Assembly: GCA_963674705.1 (NCBI GenBank)
Contig: OY771506.1
Coordinates: forward strand, 2,784,001-2,848,000
Direction: 5' to 3'
Origin: Phycisphaeraceae bacterium
Lineage (GTDB): Bacteria > Planctomycetota > Phycisphaerae > Phycisphaerales > Phycisphaeraceae
Length of the DNA stretch: 64,000 bases
Positions 19,517 through 30,709 of this stretch are shown here, piece after piece. The notes under the pieces were generated by a model. It was given only the letters and a program-made list of their open reading frames with translations, had not been told where the DNA came from and did no database searches. The translations under genes were made by a program, and so were the position numbers. How positions within the stretch are numbered: the stretch's first letter is position 1; every line of letters begins with the position of its first letter.

Positions 19517-20410
19517 ATGTCAACAAAGCTTTCCTGCACTCACGCCATGATGATCGGTGCCGCATTATCGATGTCCGGATCACTCACAACACAATCGACA
19601 CAAGCGGACGTCGTCGTAGAGCAGCGTATCAACACGAGCAGCCTGGTGATCCCGACGTTTAACACCGCACTGGGGACGCTTCAGAGCGTAGATTTGCAAA
19701 TCACTATGTTGCCGGGCACGACCAGCACGGTGGGTCAGCATTCGCACATGCCGGCCCAATCGCAGGTAACATCGGCGAACACAATCATGGCTGATTCGGT
19801 GAGTCCCTTTGCGCCGCAGACATTCCAGACGAACTTTGGCGGCGGGCATACGCACCCGACGGCCTCACCCGGTTATAGCGGCGGCGGGCTGACGATTGCG
19901 CCTTTCAATCTAACTATCTCCTCCGATACATCGCATGTGCATGATGTCACGATCACCTATGGCGGCACGCAGACGGTTGATCAAAACGTATTCGGGCCCG
20001 ACGAGCTGCGCGTCGTCGCCAACATCCAGCCGACATCAGGAAGCGGTCTTCACAATCACAGCTACGGCTCTTCAAATCAGAACCTCAACTACAGCGGAGC
20101 GCAGGTGTCGCCTTTCCTGGCGGTCGGCGATATCGTGATCCCGGCCTCAACGTTCAACACGATACCAAGCAGCCCCCATACGCATTCGTTGGCTCCGTTC
20201 AGCTTCCCTGTGAATACCGATGAAGGTATTCAGGTTGTTCAATTCTCCGGCATTAACTTCAACAGTTACGCTATGCAGGGCCATCAGATCGATCCATGGT
20301 TTACCACAAGGGCGACGTTTACATATGAGCCGGTCCCTGAACCCGCGAGTGTTGCGCTGATTGGTTTGGGGATGCTGGGGGTGTTGCGACGGGTTAAGAG
20401 GCGAGGATGA
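19517..20410 (+). CDS. PEP-CTERM protein with repeated HxH motifs
   Basis: Signal peptide; FNTALGTLQSV (choice-of-anchor E-like start); C-terminal VPEPASVALIGLGMLGVLRRVKRRG. Confidence 0.85.
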   Translation: MSTKLSCTHAMMIGAALSMSGSLTTQSTQADVVVEQRINTSSLVIPTFNTALGTLQSVDLQITMLPGTTSTVGQHSHMPAQSQVTSANTIMADSVSPFAPQTFQTNFGGGHTHPTASPGYSGGGLTIAPFNLTISSDTSHVHDVTITYGGTQTVDQNVFGPDELRVVANIQPTSGSGLHNHSYGSSNQNLNYSGAQVSPFLAVGDIVIPASTFNTIPSSPHTHSLAPFSFPVNTDEGIQVVQFSGINFNSYAMQGHQIDPWFTTRATFTYEPVPEPASVALIGLGMLGVLRRVKRRG

Positions 20411-20529
20411 AGTAAAGACAAATGCGCGATTATCGAATGACGAATGAATACCTAAATGACCAAGTGCAATAATAGTCGTTGATATTTGTGTTTATTTCAT
20501 ATGTCTTTCGTGCATTGATTAGCGTCCGG

Positions 20530-20562
20530 CCCTCACCCCGGCCCTCTCCCCGGGGGAGAGAG
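20530..20562. repeat. REP-like element CCCTCACCCCGGCCCTCTCCC..GGGAGAG
   Basis: Relative at 55834-55878. Confidence 0.65.
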
Positions 20563-20813
20563 AGTGAGCGTATGTTTCATACGTACATCTTTGTAATAAG
20601 TGGTAGTGTGTATTGGTTGAACGTGCATGTTCATACTTAGCTTTATCACGGCAATAGGATGAGGGGTGGTGGCGGGGATGTTTTATGCGTTTTCTTCATT
20701 CATGATGAAATCGCTTGGTAATCTTCAGCCGGCACGTGGGACCGAGGTGATGTGTAGCTAGTTCGTTTCGGCGCGGTATGATATGGACTCACACTTTTCA
20801 CGGGAGGTGGTTC

Positions 20814-21353
20814 ATGTCTGACTCGAGCATGATGCTGATCAAGTCTTCGGTAACGGAACAGATGGGCGCGTCTTTGCAGATGTTGCATGCGTGTATTGTG
20901 AAGTGTCCGGATGCGTTGTGGGAAGAGCGTGTGGGCAAGTGTGCGTTCTGGGAGGTGGCTTATCACATCGCATTTTATGCGGATCTATACCTGACGCCTC
21001 ACCTGGATCAGTACACGGGTGAGCCGAAGTGGGCGTGGCCTCACGCGGCTGGTTTTGGGCACAGGATGGAGCCGCCATTCGATGTGTTGAAACCGGAGGA
21101 GGTTGGGCCGGTGTTGGATCGCCAGATGGTGGCGGCGTATGTCAAAGGGATCATCGGGAAGCTTCGTCGCGTGATGGAAGCGGAGACGGCAGAGACACTT
21201 GCCGGTGAGTGCGGCTTTTTCTGGTATCCGATCAATCGCTTATCGATGCATTTGAATAACATACGTCACGTCATGCATCACACGGGGCAACTGTCCGCGG
21301 TGCTGCGTCGGGCTGGGGTCAATATCGACTGGCTGCAAAAAGCGGCGGAATAA
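20814..21353 (+). CDS. DinB-family protein
   Basis: CPDALW, FWEVAYH and NIRHVMHHTGQL motifs; GGAGG RBS. Confidence 0.85.
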   Translation: MSDSSMMLIKSSVTEQMGASLQMLHACIVKCPDALWEERVGKCAFWEVAYHIAFYADLYLTPHLDQYTGEPKWAWPHAAGFGHRMEPPFDVLKPEEVGPVLDRQMVAAYVKGIIGKLRRVMEAETAETLAGECGFFWYPINRLSMHLNNIRHVMHHTGQLSAVLRRAGVNIDWLQKAAE

Positions 21354-21504
21354 GGATATTTCGGTCTGCCGATGTGTATATTTGTCCCAGAATTGCAGAT
21401 TTTTATGTCTGGATTCTTCCTTTCAGTATAAGAATAGTCATAGACTTATTGTCGAACCGTGGGCGCTGCGCAGGCGTAGATGCGGTATGGAAGGAGGTTC
21501 CCGG

Positions 21505-21819
21505 ATGGACCTGACTATTCGTAACGATGGATTTGAGATGAGTGAAGCGATCGATACACATGTGCGTGAACGAGTGTCTGCTGCGCTCGATCAGCACAGC
21601 AGCCACGTGCGTTCGGTGGCGGTGACTGTTCGTGATGAGAACGGCCCGAAGGGCGGGGTTGATAAATCATGTCTGTTGCAGGTGGACCTGGACTTCCGCC
21701 ACGAGCCTGTGATTATCAAGAAGCTGCACGAGGATATCTATCTGGCTGTGACCGAAGCCGCCGACGCTGTGAAGCGCACGGTGGGGCGGCTGGTGAATCG
21801 GTTGAAGGATCACCGGTAA
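21505..21819 (+). CDS. hpf: HPF/RaiA-family ribosome-associated protein
   Basis: SEAIDTHVRER, DENGPKGGVDK, DIYLAV; AGGAGG RBS. Confidence 0.85.
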   Translation: MDLTIRNDGFEMSEAIDTHVRERVSAALDQHSSHVRSVAVTVRDENGPKGGVDKSCLLQVDLDFRHEPVIIKKLHEDIYLAVTEAADAVKRTVGRLVNRLKDHR

Positions 21820-21826
21820 AGTAAAG

Positions 21827-21990
21827 GCTTGAGTCTTGAGGCTTGAGTGAAGAAGTGATAACGCGTTCAGTAAGTGGCTGGCAACGCCGCGAACTCTGAT
21901 CGTGGTGTGGCTGAATGTTCAATGTCCGATGTGCAATGTTCAATCGGCAATCCATGCTAATGGCTACGAGCTAACGGCTAATGGCCCAAT
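21827..21990. repeat. Patch of degenerate heptamer repeats (GCTTGAG, AATGTTC, GCTAATG)
   Basis: Three short arrays at about 21827-21847, 21914-21944 and 21956-21986. Confidence 0.65.
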
Positions 21991-22145
21991 CAATTTAACC
22001 TCCCAAGTCGCGGGTGTGGGGTTCAGACATGGACTCCACGTTCCCGCGTTTTTTTGTTGGCGTTTGCGGGTGGTGGTTATGATGCAGACCCGACCAGGAT
22101 GGTCGAGCTATAGGATTGAAGCATTTGTCATTAGCCATTGGTCAC

Positions 22146-22200
22146 AAGAAACCCGGATCTTCGCTGCGATCAGGACCGGCGTTGGGGGGGGGAGAAAGCC
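22146..22200 (+). repeat. Diverged third copy of the core of the plsY-flanking element
   Basis: AAGAAACCCGGATCTTCGCTGCGATCAGGACCGGCGTTG(G)nAGAAAGCC versus AAGATACCCGGCCCTTCGCTTCGCTCAGAACCGGCGTTG(G)nAGGGAAGCC. Confidence 0.75.
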
Positions 22201-22225
22201 ACCACCACCAGCCACCGGTCACCAG

Positions 22226-23458
22226 TCAGAGGCGTTGAATGTTTTGTGGGCCCTTGATGCGGTAGCGGATGCTGCGCCAGGTAATGGTTCGGCCGAACGC
22301 GGCACGCAACAGTAAAAGCAGGTTGATACCGAGCCAGAGTGGTGTGGTCCAGCGTTCAAGTTTGAAGGTGGGGTTGAGTTGCTTGACGACTTGTGGTCCG
22401 AGCGTGACGCGGACGGCTTTCTGTCGCAGCGTTGCGCGGACCTGGTTGGAAGTGAAGACGAGCAAGAACGCGCCGATCGCGATATACCGTTCATGAGCGT
22501 TATTCGGCGCAATAAGCAGCACGGCGGCGGAGGTCATGCCTGCGAAGTAGAGCGCGTTGATCAAAACAGCGAGGATGAAGACCAGCGGCGCGTGTATGCG
22601 TGTGATGAGGTACTGGCGGTAGGCGAAGTCGAGCAGGCCGGACATGTCGTAGTCAACGGGCGAGGCGACGAGACATTCGGGCACGAAGTAGATGCGTTTG
22701 CCGAGTTCACGGGCCATGCGTGTAACCTGGTAGTCGTCACTGATCGCGCCGCGCCAGTGTCCGATGAGGTCGGCTTGTTGTGCGGTGGCAGCACGCATGG
22801 CCATGGACCCGCCCCATGCGTGGGTGTATCTTTCGCGTCGGATCAGGGCGGCGGTAGAGCTGTTGAGGATACTGGCGATCTTCGCTGCGAAGTTGACTTC
22901 GGTCTGTCCCGGCTTGGAGACGGGCACGAGCCAGCGGAAACCGGTGGTGACAGCGGTGCGATCCTGGCAGAGCGGGCCGACCAGTTCGCCTAACCATGCG
23001 GGGCCCGGTACGGCATCAGAGTCTGCGAAGACCCAAGCCTCTTCGCCGAGTTGTGCTTGCTGCAGGTGTTCGACGGCGGCGATGAGGTTGTGGACTTTCT
23101 GACCTTCATTGGGTCCGGCGGCGCCGGCGGTGATGATGGTCGCTCGGCGCTGGGGATGCTCCGCGATCGCTTCGAGCAGCAGGGGGTATGCCTCATCTTG
23201 TTCATCCTCGACGATCAACAGCAGGTGATAGTCGGGATAGTCCTGCGTGAACAGGCCGTGCAGGTTGCTGCGCAGCGCGGGTTCGACGCCCTTGAACGGG
23301 ACGATAAGTGCGGCCTTGGGGCGATAGCCTGAGTACCGTTTGGATTGCGAATGTGTAACGGTATCAACGAGCTTGAACTGAGCGACCGCTGCGTACGCCG
23401 CCTGTACCGCCCAAGCGACAGTCAGGCCTAACAGGATCCAGCCAACAAGCTCGTTCAT
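22226..23458 (-). CDS. GT-A glycosyltransferase (GT2/GT21, ceramide glucosyltransferase/HpnI-like)
   Basis: IVPFKG, QDYPDY, KVHNL, FADSD, AWGGSMA, ISDD; N- and C-terminal TM segments. Confidence 0.85.
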   Translation of the reverse strand: MNELVGWILLGLTVAWAVQAAYAAVAQFKLVDTVTHSQSKRYSGYRPKAALIVPFKGVEPALRSNLHGLFTQDYPDYHLLLIVEDEQDEAYPLLLEAIAEHPQRRATIITAGAAGPNEGQKVHNLIAAVEHLQQAQLGEEAWVFADSDAVPGPAWLGELVGPLCQDRTAVTTGFRWLVPVSKPGQTEVNFAAKIASILNSSTAALIRRERYTHAWGGSMAMRAATAQQADLIGHWRGAISDDYQVTRMARELGKRIYFVPECLVASPVDYDMSGLLDFAYRQYLITRIHAPLVFILAVLINALYFAGMTSAAVLLIAPNNAHERYIAIGAFLLVFTSNQVRATLRQKAVRVTLGPQVVKQLNPTFKLERWTTPLWLGINLLLLLRAAFGRTITWRSIRYRIKGPQNIQRL

Positions 23459-23501
23459 CCGTACGGGTTCCGCGGCGTTTGCGTGACGGTGACGGCCCGA
23501 A

Positions 23502-25124
<1,623 letters not shown>

Positions 25125-25258
25125 AGCAAAGGTACTCAGTAGTGCGGGGTTAAAGCGGCGTCGGTCACCGCGGACGCCATAAGGGTGGGATTGTACGCGA
25201 TTATGGCGACCTGTTGGTGCTTTGCCAAGTTAATAAGGATAGGTTTAGATACGTCGCT

Positions 25259-25597
25259 ATGGACAAGATCAAGGAAAAATTCTGCAGCCGCTGCGGATAC
25301 GACCTGACGGGTCTGGATTTTGAGGGGCGTTGTCCGGAGTGCGGCGGGTACTTCAGCCAATGGTCCGGGGAGGGGCTAAAAGACTTTGGGCCCATGGCTA
25401 AGCATCGGCGGGGGGAGAATGTGGTTCGGATTGTCCAGATCGTGGTGTTGGTGTTTCTGGCAGTGGGTCTGATCGGGTTCGGCTCGCTGTATTACATGTG
25501 GTATGGTGAGTACAAGCCGCTTTTCTTCACCAGCGTCGTTGCACTGATTTTCCTGGTGTTCGCCGGGGTGACGGCACTGTCGCTACTTAAGAAGTGA
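25259..25597 (+). CDS. Small membrane protein with N-terminal zinc ribbon
   Basis: CSRCGYDLTG...CPECG followed by two TM helices. Confidence 0.7.
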   Translation: MDKIKEKFCSRCGYDLTGLDFEGRCPECGGYFSQWSGEGLKDFGPMAKHRRGENVVRIVQIVVLVFLAVGLIGFGSLYYMWYGEYKPLFFTSVVALIFLVFAGVTALSLLKK

Positions 25598-25627
25598 TCG
25601 TTGAACCTCTTGCACGCCGGAGTTACG

Positions 25628-25636
25628 TGTTATAAT
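25628..25636 (+). promoter_or_regulatory. Possible extended -10 promoter element
   Basis: TGTTATAAT about 70 bp upstream of the lipoprotein start. Confidence 0.35.
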
Positions 25637-25705
25637 CCAGGCACGAACAGGGACGCCGAGGGCGCCATATCAATCGAACTATTTAAACAAAGAAGGAGAG
25701 CAGTC

Positions 25706-26086
25706 ATGCACAAGATGAGTCGTCAACTTGTTTTGGTGTTGTTAGCGGTGGGCTTCATGGTGGTACTTGGGTGTAAGACGGATCAACCGGGCGTGACCAA
25801 CACCGCAGGCACGATCAAGGCCACGCTTGCCTCGAACCCCGATAAGGTGACCGAGGTATCGAAGAAGGTCCTGGAAGATATGGACCTGGCCATCATCAGC
25901 AGCGGTTCGACCTCGATTGACGGTCAAGTCGAAGCCCGCACCGCGCAGGATGTCAAAGTCAAGATCACATGCAACAAGGCGGGCGACGACGTCACGGACA
26001 TCTCGATCCGCGTCGGCACACTCGGCGACAAGCAGTTGAGCATGACCATCCTGGATGAAATCAAGAAAGAACTGGGCGTGAAGTGA
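25706..26086 (+). CDS. Lipoprotein, DUF3568-like
   Basis: AAGGAG RBS; lipobox VLGC; ISIRVGTLGD..LS..IL motif. Confidence 0.75.
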   Translation: MHKMSRQLVLVLLAVGFMVVLGCKTDQPGVTNTAGTIKATLASNPDKVTEVSKKVLEDMDLAIISSGSTSIDGQVEARTAQDVKVKITCNKAGDDVTDISIRVGTLGDKQLSMTILDEIKKELGVK

Positions 26087-26214
26087 TTTTTTGGGGTCTG
26101 GGGGTAAAAGAGCCGTTGACAGGAGAGCAGGGGAGCAGGCGATGTCACAGTCGCAGTGCTCTACTGCTCTTCTTTTATTTCACCAGTTCTGAGGATTTGG
26201 GTGACGGTAAAGCA

Positions 26215-26439
26215 GAAACGCAGAAAATATAATCCGATACCCGATACCCGATACCCGATACCCGATACCCGATACCCGATACCCGGGAAGATACCCGGCC
26301 CTTCGCTTCGCTCAGAACCGGCGTTGGGGGGGAGGGAAGCCATTAGCCTTTAGCCGTTAGCCATTAGCAATACAATTCCCACACCCCACACCCCACACCC
26401 CACACCCCACACCCCACACCCCACACCCCACACCCCACA
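26215..26439 (+). repeat. Composite repeat element, copy A: leader + (CCGATAC)x7 + core + TTAGCCA-type units + AATACAATT + (CCCCACA)x~9
   Basis: Read directly; homologous to 27211-27594. Confidence 0.92.
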
Positions 26440-26441
26440 CC

Positions 26442-27137
26442 CTATCCACCCTTCGCCCATCCGGCCTTCGGCTCGGTACCTTCGCGCAGGCGCTGGATGT
26501 TGCCGCGGTGGCGCAGGGTGATCAGCAGCGCCAGGATGAGCGTTACCACGGTGTAAACGATGGTTTGGCCTATGCTTCGGCCCCATGCCAGGGCACTTGC
26601 GATGGCGAGGGCGGGCAGCGAGCAGGCGGCGGCGACGCTACCGAGGCTGACGTAGCCGGTGATTTTGACCATGGCGACCCAGCCGAGGCCCGCGATGATG
26701 CCGGGGATGGTCAGGACGGGCCAGAACCCGAGCAGGACGCCAAGACCGGTGGCGACGCCCTTACCACCTTTGAACTTCAGCCAGATTGAGAACACGTGAC
26801 CCAGGACGGCCGCAACCGCGATCGCCAGCCATTGCATCAGCGCTACCGCATCCCCCGAACCTCCTGCCACTTCTACACTTGGTGGGTTTAAGCACGCGAG
26901 GCCTGTCCATAGGCCGTAACTTAGTGTGGGGCCCATGCCTTTGCCGACGTCCAGCAGGAAGCAGATGATCCCCCAGCTCCGGCCAAGCACGCGTCCGGCA
27001 TTGGTCGCCCCGACATTACCGCTGCCGGCTTTCCGGATATCCACACCCTTCGTCAGCCCGATCAGCAGCCCAAACGGGATCGATCCCACCAGATACGCGC
27101 CAAGCAACCAGATGCACCATGCCAGGGTTGGATTCAT
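26442..27137 (-). CDS. plsY: Glycerol-3-phosphate acyltransferase PlsY
   Basis: YLVGSIPFG, DIRKAGSGNVGATN, LDVGKG, GH..S..LKFKGGKGVAT, HRGNIQRL..GTE. Confidence 0.96.
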   Translation of the reverse strand: MNPTLAWCIWLLGAYLVGSIPFGLLIGLTKGVDIRKAGSGNVGATNAGRVLGRSWGIICFLLDVGKGMGPTLSYGLWTGLACLNPPSVEVAGGSGDAVALMQWLAIAVAAVLGHVFSIWLKFKGGKGVATGLGVLLGFWPVLTIPGIIAGLGWVAMVKITGYVSLGSVAAACSLPALAIASALAWGRSIGQTIVYTVVTLILALLITLRHRGNIQRLREGTEPKAGWAKGG

Positions 27138-27210
27138 GGGTAGATTGTAATGTTTAGTACAGGAGATAGGAGAACAGGGGAGCAGGAGAGGCGGAAATCG
27201 GAAAACGCAG

Positions 27211-27594
27211 GAAACGCAGAAAATATAATCCGATACCCGATACCCGATACCCGATACCCGATACCCGATACCCGATACCCGATACCCGATACCCGATACC
27301 CGATACCCGATACCCGATACCCGATACCCGGGAAGATACCCGGCCCTTCGCTTCGCTCAGAACCGGCGTTGGGGGGGAGGGGAAGCCATTAGCCTTTAGC
27401 CATTAGCCATTAGCCATTAGCACAAATCATAAATCATCAATCCCAAATCATAAATACAATTCCCCAATCCCCAATCCCCAATCCCCAATCCCCAATCCCC
27501 AATCCCCAATCCCCAATCCCCAATCCCCAATCCCCAATCCCCAATCCCCAATCCCCAATCCCCAATCCCCAATCCCCAATCCCCAATCCCCAAT
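27211..27594 (+). repeat. Composite repeat element, copy B: leader + (CCGATAC)x14 + core + TTAGCCA units + AAATCAT units + AATACAATT + (CCCCAAT)x19
   Basis: Read directly. Confidence 0.92.
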
Positions 27595-27625
27595 CCCATT
27601 TACACACCGCCGCCCGGGGCCTATC

Positions 27626-27835
27626 ATGTTGTGTATGAAATGGATACCGATACCAGCGGCTGTCATAACGTTCCTGTTGTCTGTCGGACCGGTGCTGGCG
27701 CAGAACGCGACCAAGGCCCCTGCGCCCAAGGATTCGATGGCCAAGCCATGGGCTTCGATCGTGGTGGCATTCTTATTGATGGTCCTTGTGGCGGTCGGCA
27801 GCTTCCTGAGCGCCAAGCGCGGGCACCAGGACTAA
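27626..27835 (+). CDS. Small membrane protein
   Basis: Signal peptide, then TM helix, ending SAKRGHQD. Confidence 0.65.
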   Translation: MLCMKWIPIPAAVITFLLSVGPVLAQNATKAPAPKDSMAKPWASIVVAFLLMVLVAVGSFLSAKRGHQD

Positions 27836-27899
27836 ACGCATCGACATGGTTCGGCTGAGGTCTTCCGGCCTCGGCTTTGTTCATACGGAAGGATTAAGC

Positions 27900-28196
27900 A
27901 TGAACAAACGATCACTTGCGGGATTGATTCTCATCAACGCGGTGCTGCTGGCGTCGCTGGTTGTCACGGCTTTCAGCCCCAAGGAAGCGCAGGCGCAGTT
28001 CGGCGGGGGCGGCGGCCAGTACCTGATGATCGCTGGTGACGTGACCGGCCGATCTTCGCAGCAGGCGGTGTACATCATCGACATGCGGTCCAGCCGGGTC
28101 GCGGCGATCATGTTCAACGGCTCGAACAACTCGCTGGAGATCATCGCCGGTCGCGATGTCCGTCAGGACGCCTCCAGGCCCGCGGGCGGGCGCTGA
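27900..28196 (+). CDS. Small exported hypothetical protein
   Basis: AAGGA RBS; N-terminal TM; VYIID..SSRVAAI. Confidence 0.7.
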   Translation: MNKRSLAGLILINAVLLASLVVTAFSPKEAQAQFGGGGGQYLMIAGDVTGRSSQQAVYIIDMRSSRVAAIMFNGSNNSLEIIAGRDVRQDASRPAGGR

Positions 28197-28254
28197 TACG
28201 CCAAGGCGTTAGTTCTTCTTTTTTTGACTTACATATACATTCGGGAGTCCACCG

Positions 28255-28581
28255 ATGAAACGGATTGAAACCGCTTGTTACGCCTTGATCGCTTCGGCGT
28301 TCGTATTGGGCGGGTTGCTGATTACGCAGGTCGCCAATACACCCAACACCGCCGAGGCCGGCCTGGTCATTTCGCGTGATGACTTCACGCTGCTCAGTGC
28401 CCGGACACGTTCGGGTGAAGAATCCTTGTTCGTGATCAACAACAACACCAACCGCCTGTTGATCTATACGCTGAACCTGACCGGCAATCGAATCGAACTG
28501 GCAGGCGGGGCGGATCTGACCACCCTGTTTAATACCGGTGCCGGCGAAGACAATGATGCCGACGACCGTCGCCGTCGTTAA
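28255..28581 (+). CDS. Small exported hypothetical protein, probable paralogue of the upstream gene
   Basis: GGAG RBS; N-terminal TM; LFVINNNTNRLLIY. Confidence 0.7.
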   Translation: MKRIETACYALIASAFVLGGLLITQVANTPNTAEAGLVISRDDFTLLSARTRSGEESLFVINNNTNRLLIYTLNLTGNRIELAGGADLTTLFNTGAGEDNDADDRRRR

Positions 28582-28635
28582 CTCAAACAATTGATCCCGA
28601 TTCAGGGCGGGACGCGAATCAGGGATGATCGCTGC

Positions 28636-29772
28636 ATGATTCAACCGAACAACGAACCCAGGGCCGACCGGGTCGCCGCGATAGCGCAAAAGGTCCTGGC
28701 CGGTGAAGCTATTAACCGTGATGATGCCGTCACGCTGACGCAGGTCAGTGGGGATGATATCTACGACCTGTTTTTCTGGGCGAACAAGATCCGTATCAAG
28801 TTCGTCGGGAGGCAGGTCAAGTTCTGCTCGATCGTAACCGGCAAGGTCGGCGCGTGCAGCGAGGATTGCGGGTATTGCTCGCAATCCAAGCATCACCAGA
28901 CGCACGTCACGCCCGACAAGATGACGGTCGACCAGATGCACTCGGCCGCGGACGAGGCGATCCAGAACGGGGCGTCGAGCTTCGGTATCGTGAACTCCGG
29001 CCGCGGGCCGACGGATCGTGAACTGGATTGGATGGAGCCGTTCTTCAAGAAGACAGCGGAAGAAGGCACGATCCGCCCGTGCGCGACGCTCGGTGAGTTG
29101 ACGCTCGATCAGGCGCGTCGTCTCAAAGCGATGGGCGTTCAGCGCATCAACCACAACCTCGAAACCAGCGAACGCCACTTCGCGAACGTGATCAGCACGC
29201 ACACCTACGCCGACCGCAAACGCACGATCCAGACAGCCAAGGCTGCGGGTCTGTCGATCTGCTCCGGCGGGATCTTCGGGCTGGGTGAAGACTGGAACGA
29301 CCGATTGGATATGGCGTTTGAACTGCGCGAACTGGGCGCGGACGTCGTGCCGATCAACTTTTTGAACGCGATCCAGGGCACACCAATCTACGGGAAGGTT
29401 GAGAAGCTTTCGCCGCTGGAGGCGCTAAAGATCGTAGCGGTCTACCGATTCATTTTGCCAGATAGAGAACTGAAGATCGCCGGCGGGCGTGAGAAGATCC
29501 TCCGAGATATGCAGAGCTGGATGTTCTTCGCAGGCGGATCAAGCTTCCTGATCGGCAACTACCTGACCACGTTCGGCAGATCGCCCAAAGACGATCACCA
29601 GATGCTCAAGGACCTGGGCTTAAGCTACACCACGTTCGACGAGATCGAACACGAAGCCGAACCAGCCACCGCAACCTCCCACGGCCCGGGGCATCCGGTC
29701 AACGCGCCGAACGCGCTACTGTCTCGCAAGCATGATTCACTTCTGACATTGCCGGTGATGCAGGGGGAGTGA
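28636..29772 (+). CDS. bioB: Biotin synthase
   Basis: CSEDCGYCSQS radical-SAM motif; NHNLETS; CSGGIFGLGE; VPINFL; IAGGRE; GNYLTT. Confidence 0.96.
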   Translation: MIQPNNEPRADRVAAIAQKVLAGEAINRDDAVTLTQVSGDDIYDLFFWANKIRIKFVGRQVKFCSIVTGKVGACSEDCGYCSQSKHHQTHVTPDKMTVDQMHSAADEAIQNGASSFGIVNSGRGPTDRELDWMEPFFKKTAEEGTIRPCATLGELTLDQARRLKAMGVQRINHNLETSERHFANVISTHTYADRKRTIQTAKAAGLSICSGGIFGLGEDWNDRLDMAFELRELGADVVPINFLNAIQGTPIYGKVEKLSPLEALKIVAVYRFILPDRELKIAGGREKILRDMQSWMFFAGGSSFLIGNYLTTFGRSPKDDHQMLKDLGLSYTTFDEIEHEAEPATATSHGPGHPVNAPNALLSRKHDSLLTLPVMQGE

Positions 29773-29842
29773 ATTACGTATGCAGTGGTTTTATTCCTGC
29801 AATATGCGATCACCCCGAGCAAACCCGGGGCTAATTGGGGGC

Positions 29843-30055
29843 ATGTCTGTGAAGCGGTATTACGAGCAGTCGAAGAAAGCGGTGCCGGTTGAATTAGGTC
29901 TGATCATTGCAGCGAGTTTGGCGTTCTATGCCTTGTCGTTTTTCATACATGTCCCGCTACCGATCATCGTGATCGTTATAGGATTGTCGTTATTCACACT
30001 GTTGTGTGATGTAATTAACATCATTCACTACAAGATGAAACAATCAAAGAGTTGA
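29843..30055 (+). CDS. Small two-TM hypothetical protein
   Basis: AT-rich ORF directly after the REP-like hairpin CACCCCGAGCAAACCCGGGGCTA (29811-29833). Confidence 0.5.
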   Translation: MSVKRYYEQSKKAVPVELGLIIAASLAFYALSFFIHVPLPIIVIVIGLSLFTLLCDVINIIHYKMKQSKS

Positions 30056-30128
30056 GTGTTAAATCACGCATTCTCATGTTGGTTCGAGTCTTTGCTCGAT
30101 GCAGACGGGAAACCCGCGCCGAACGATG

Positions 30129-30461
30129 TTACTTATGTTGTGTGCAGTGTTGAATTGTCAGAAACACGCCCGTTACTGCGATTACCGGCAACAGGGATGA
30201 ACCAAGTGAACTAATCACCCATGGCCAGCCGAGTTCATGCCAGATGGCATCTGAAATCGGATCGAACCAGCACTCATTGATATTGGCGTACGTCAATAAG
30301 CCTGAAACTGCGATGCTCAGGATCAGCATGATCCAAGCGACAACTCGGTTAATGCAAGCGATGACGGCGAACATGACGGCTATGATGGCCATCGTGATCC
30401 ACATCCCCGGGATGGTTCCCATTTTGTCCGAGATTTCCCCGAGTAAGAACATGCGTTGCAT
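30129..30461 (-). CDS. Small three-TM hypothetical protein (start uncertain)
   Basis: Hydrophobic segments in the 156-aa ORF; the upstream part of that ORF looks non-coding. Confidence 0.55.
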   Translation of the reverse strand: MQRMFLLGEISDKMGTIPGMWITMAIIAVMFAVIACINRVVAWIMLILSIAVSGLLTYANINECWFDPISDAIWHELGWPWVISSLGSSLLPVIAVTGVFLTIQHCTQHK

Positions 30462-30709
30462 TTTAGACGAGATTTTTGATGGCTGAATATATGCATGTTT
30501 GCAGTTGTTTGCTGGCCAGACCTGGATGGTCGGGCTATATGGGAAATGCGTGAAGTATGGGCCGGATCGCGGTTTAAACTGTTTAAAGGCTGTATGCAAA
30601 AATGATTATGATTGTTATACTAAGGGGCTCCACGGGTTATGACGGACTCGTGGTGGGGCGGATATGACCCGATGTCTATATTAGTAGCTTGTGATTGAGG
30701 AGCATGCAT

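Noticed and set aside
26161..27600. ORFs reading PIPDTRY, GIGDWGL or GCGVW repeats
   Set aside because: Translations of non-coding heptamer arrays
30056..30150. attC-like site after the 30129 gene
   Set aside because: The ACACAAC and GTTCGGC boxes are only 12 bp apart, too short for an attC stem
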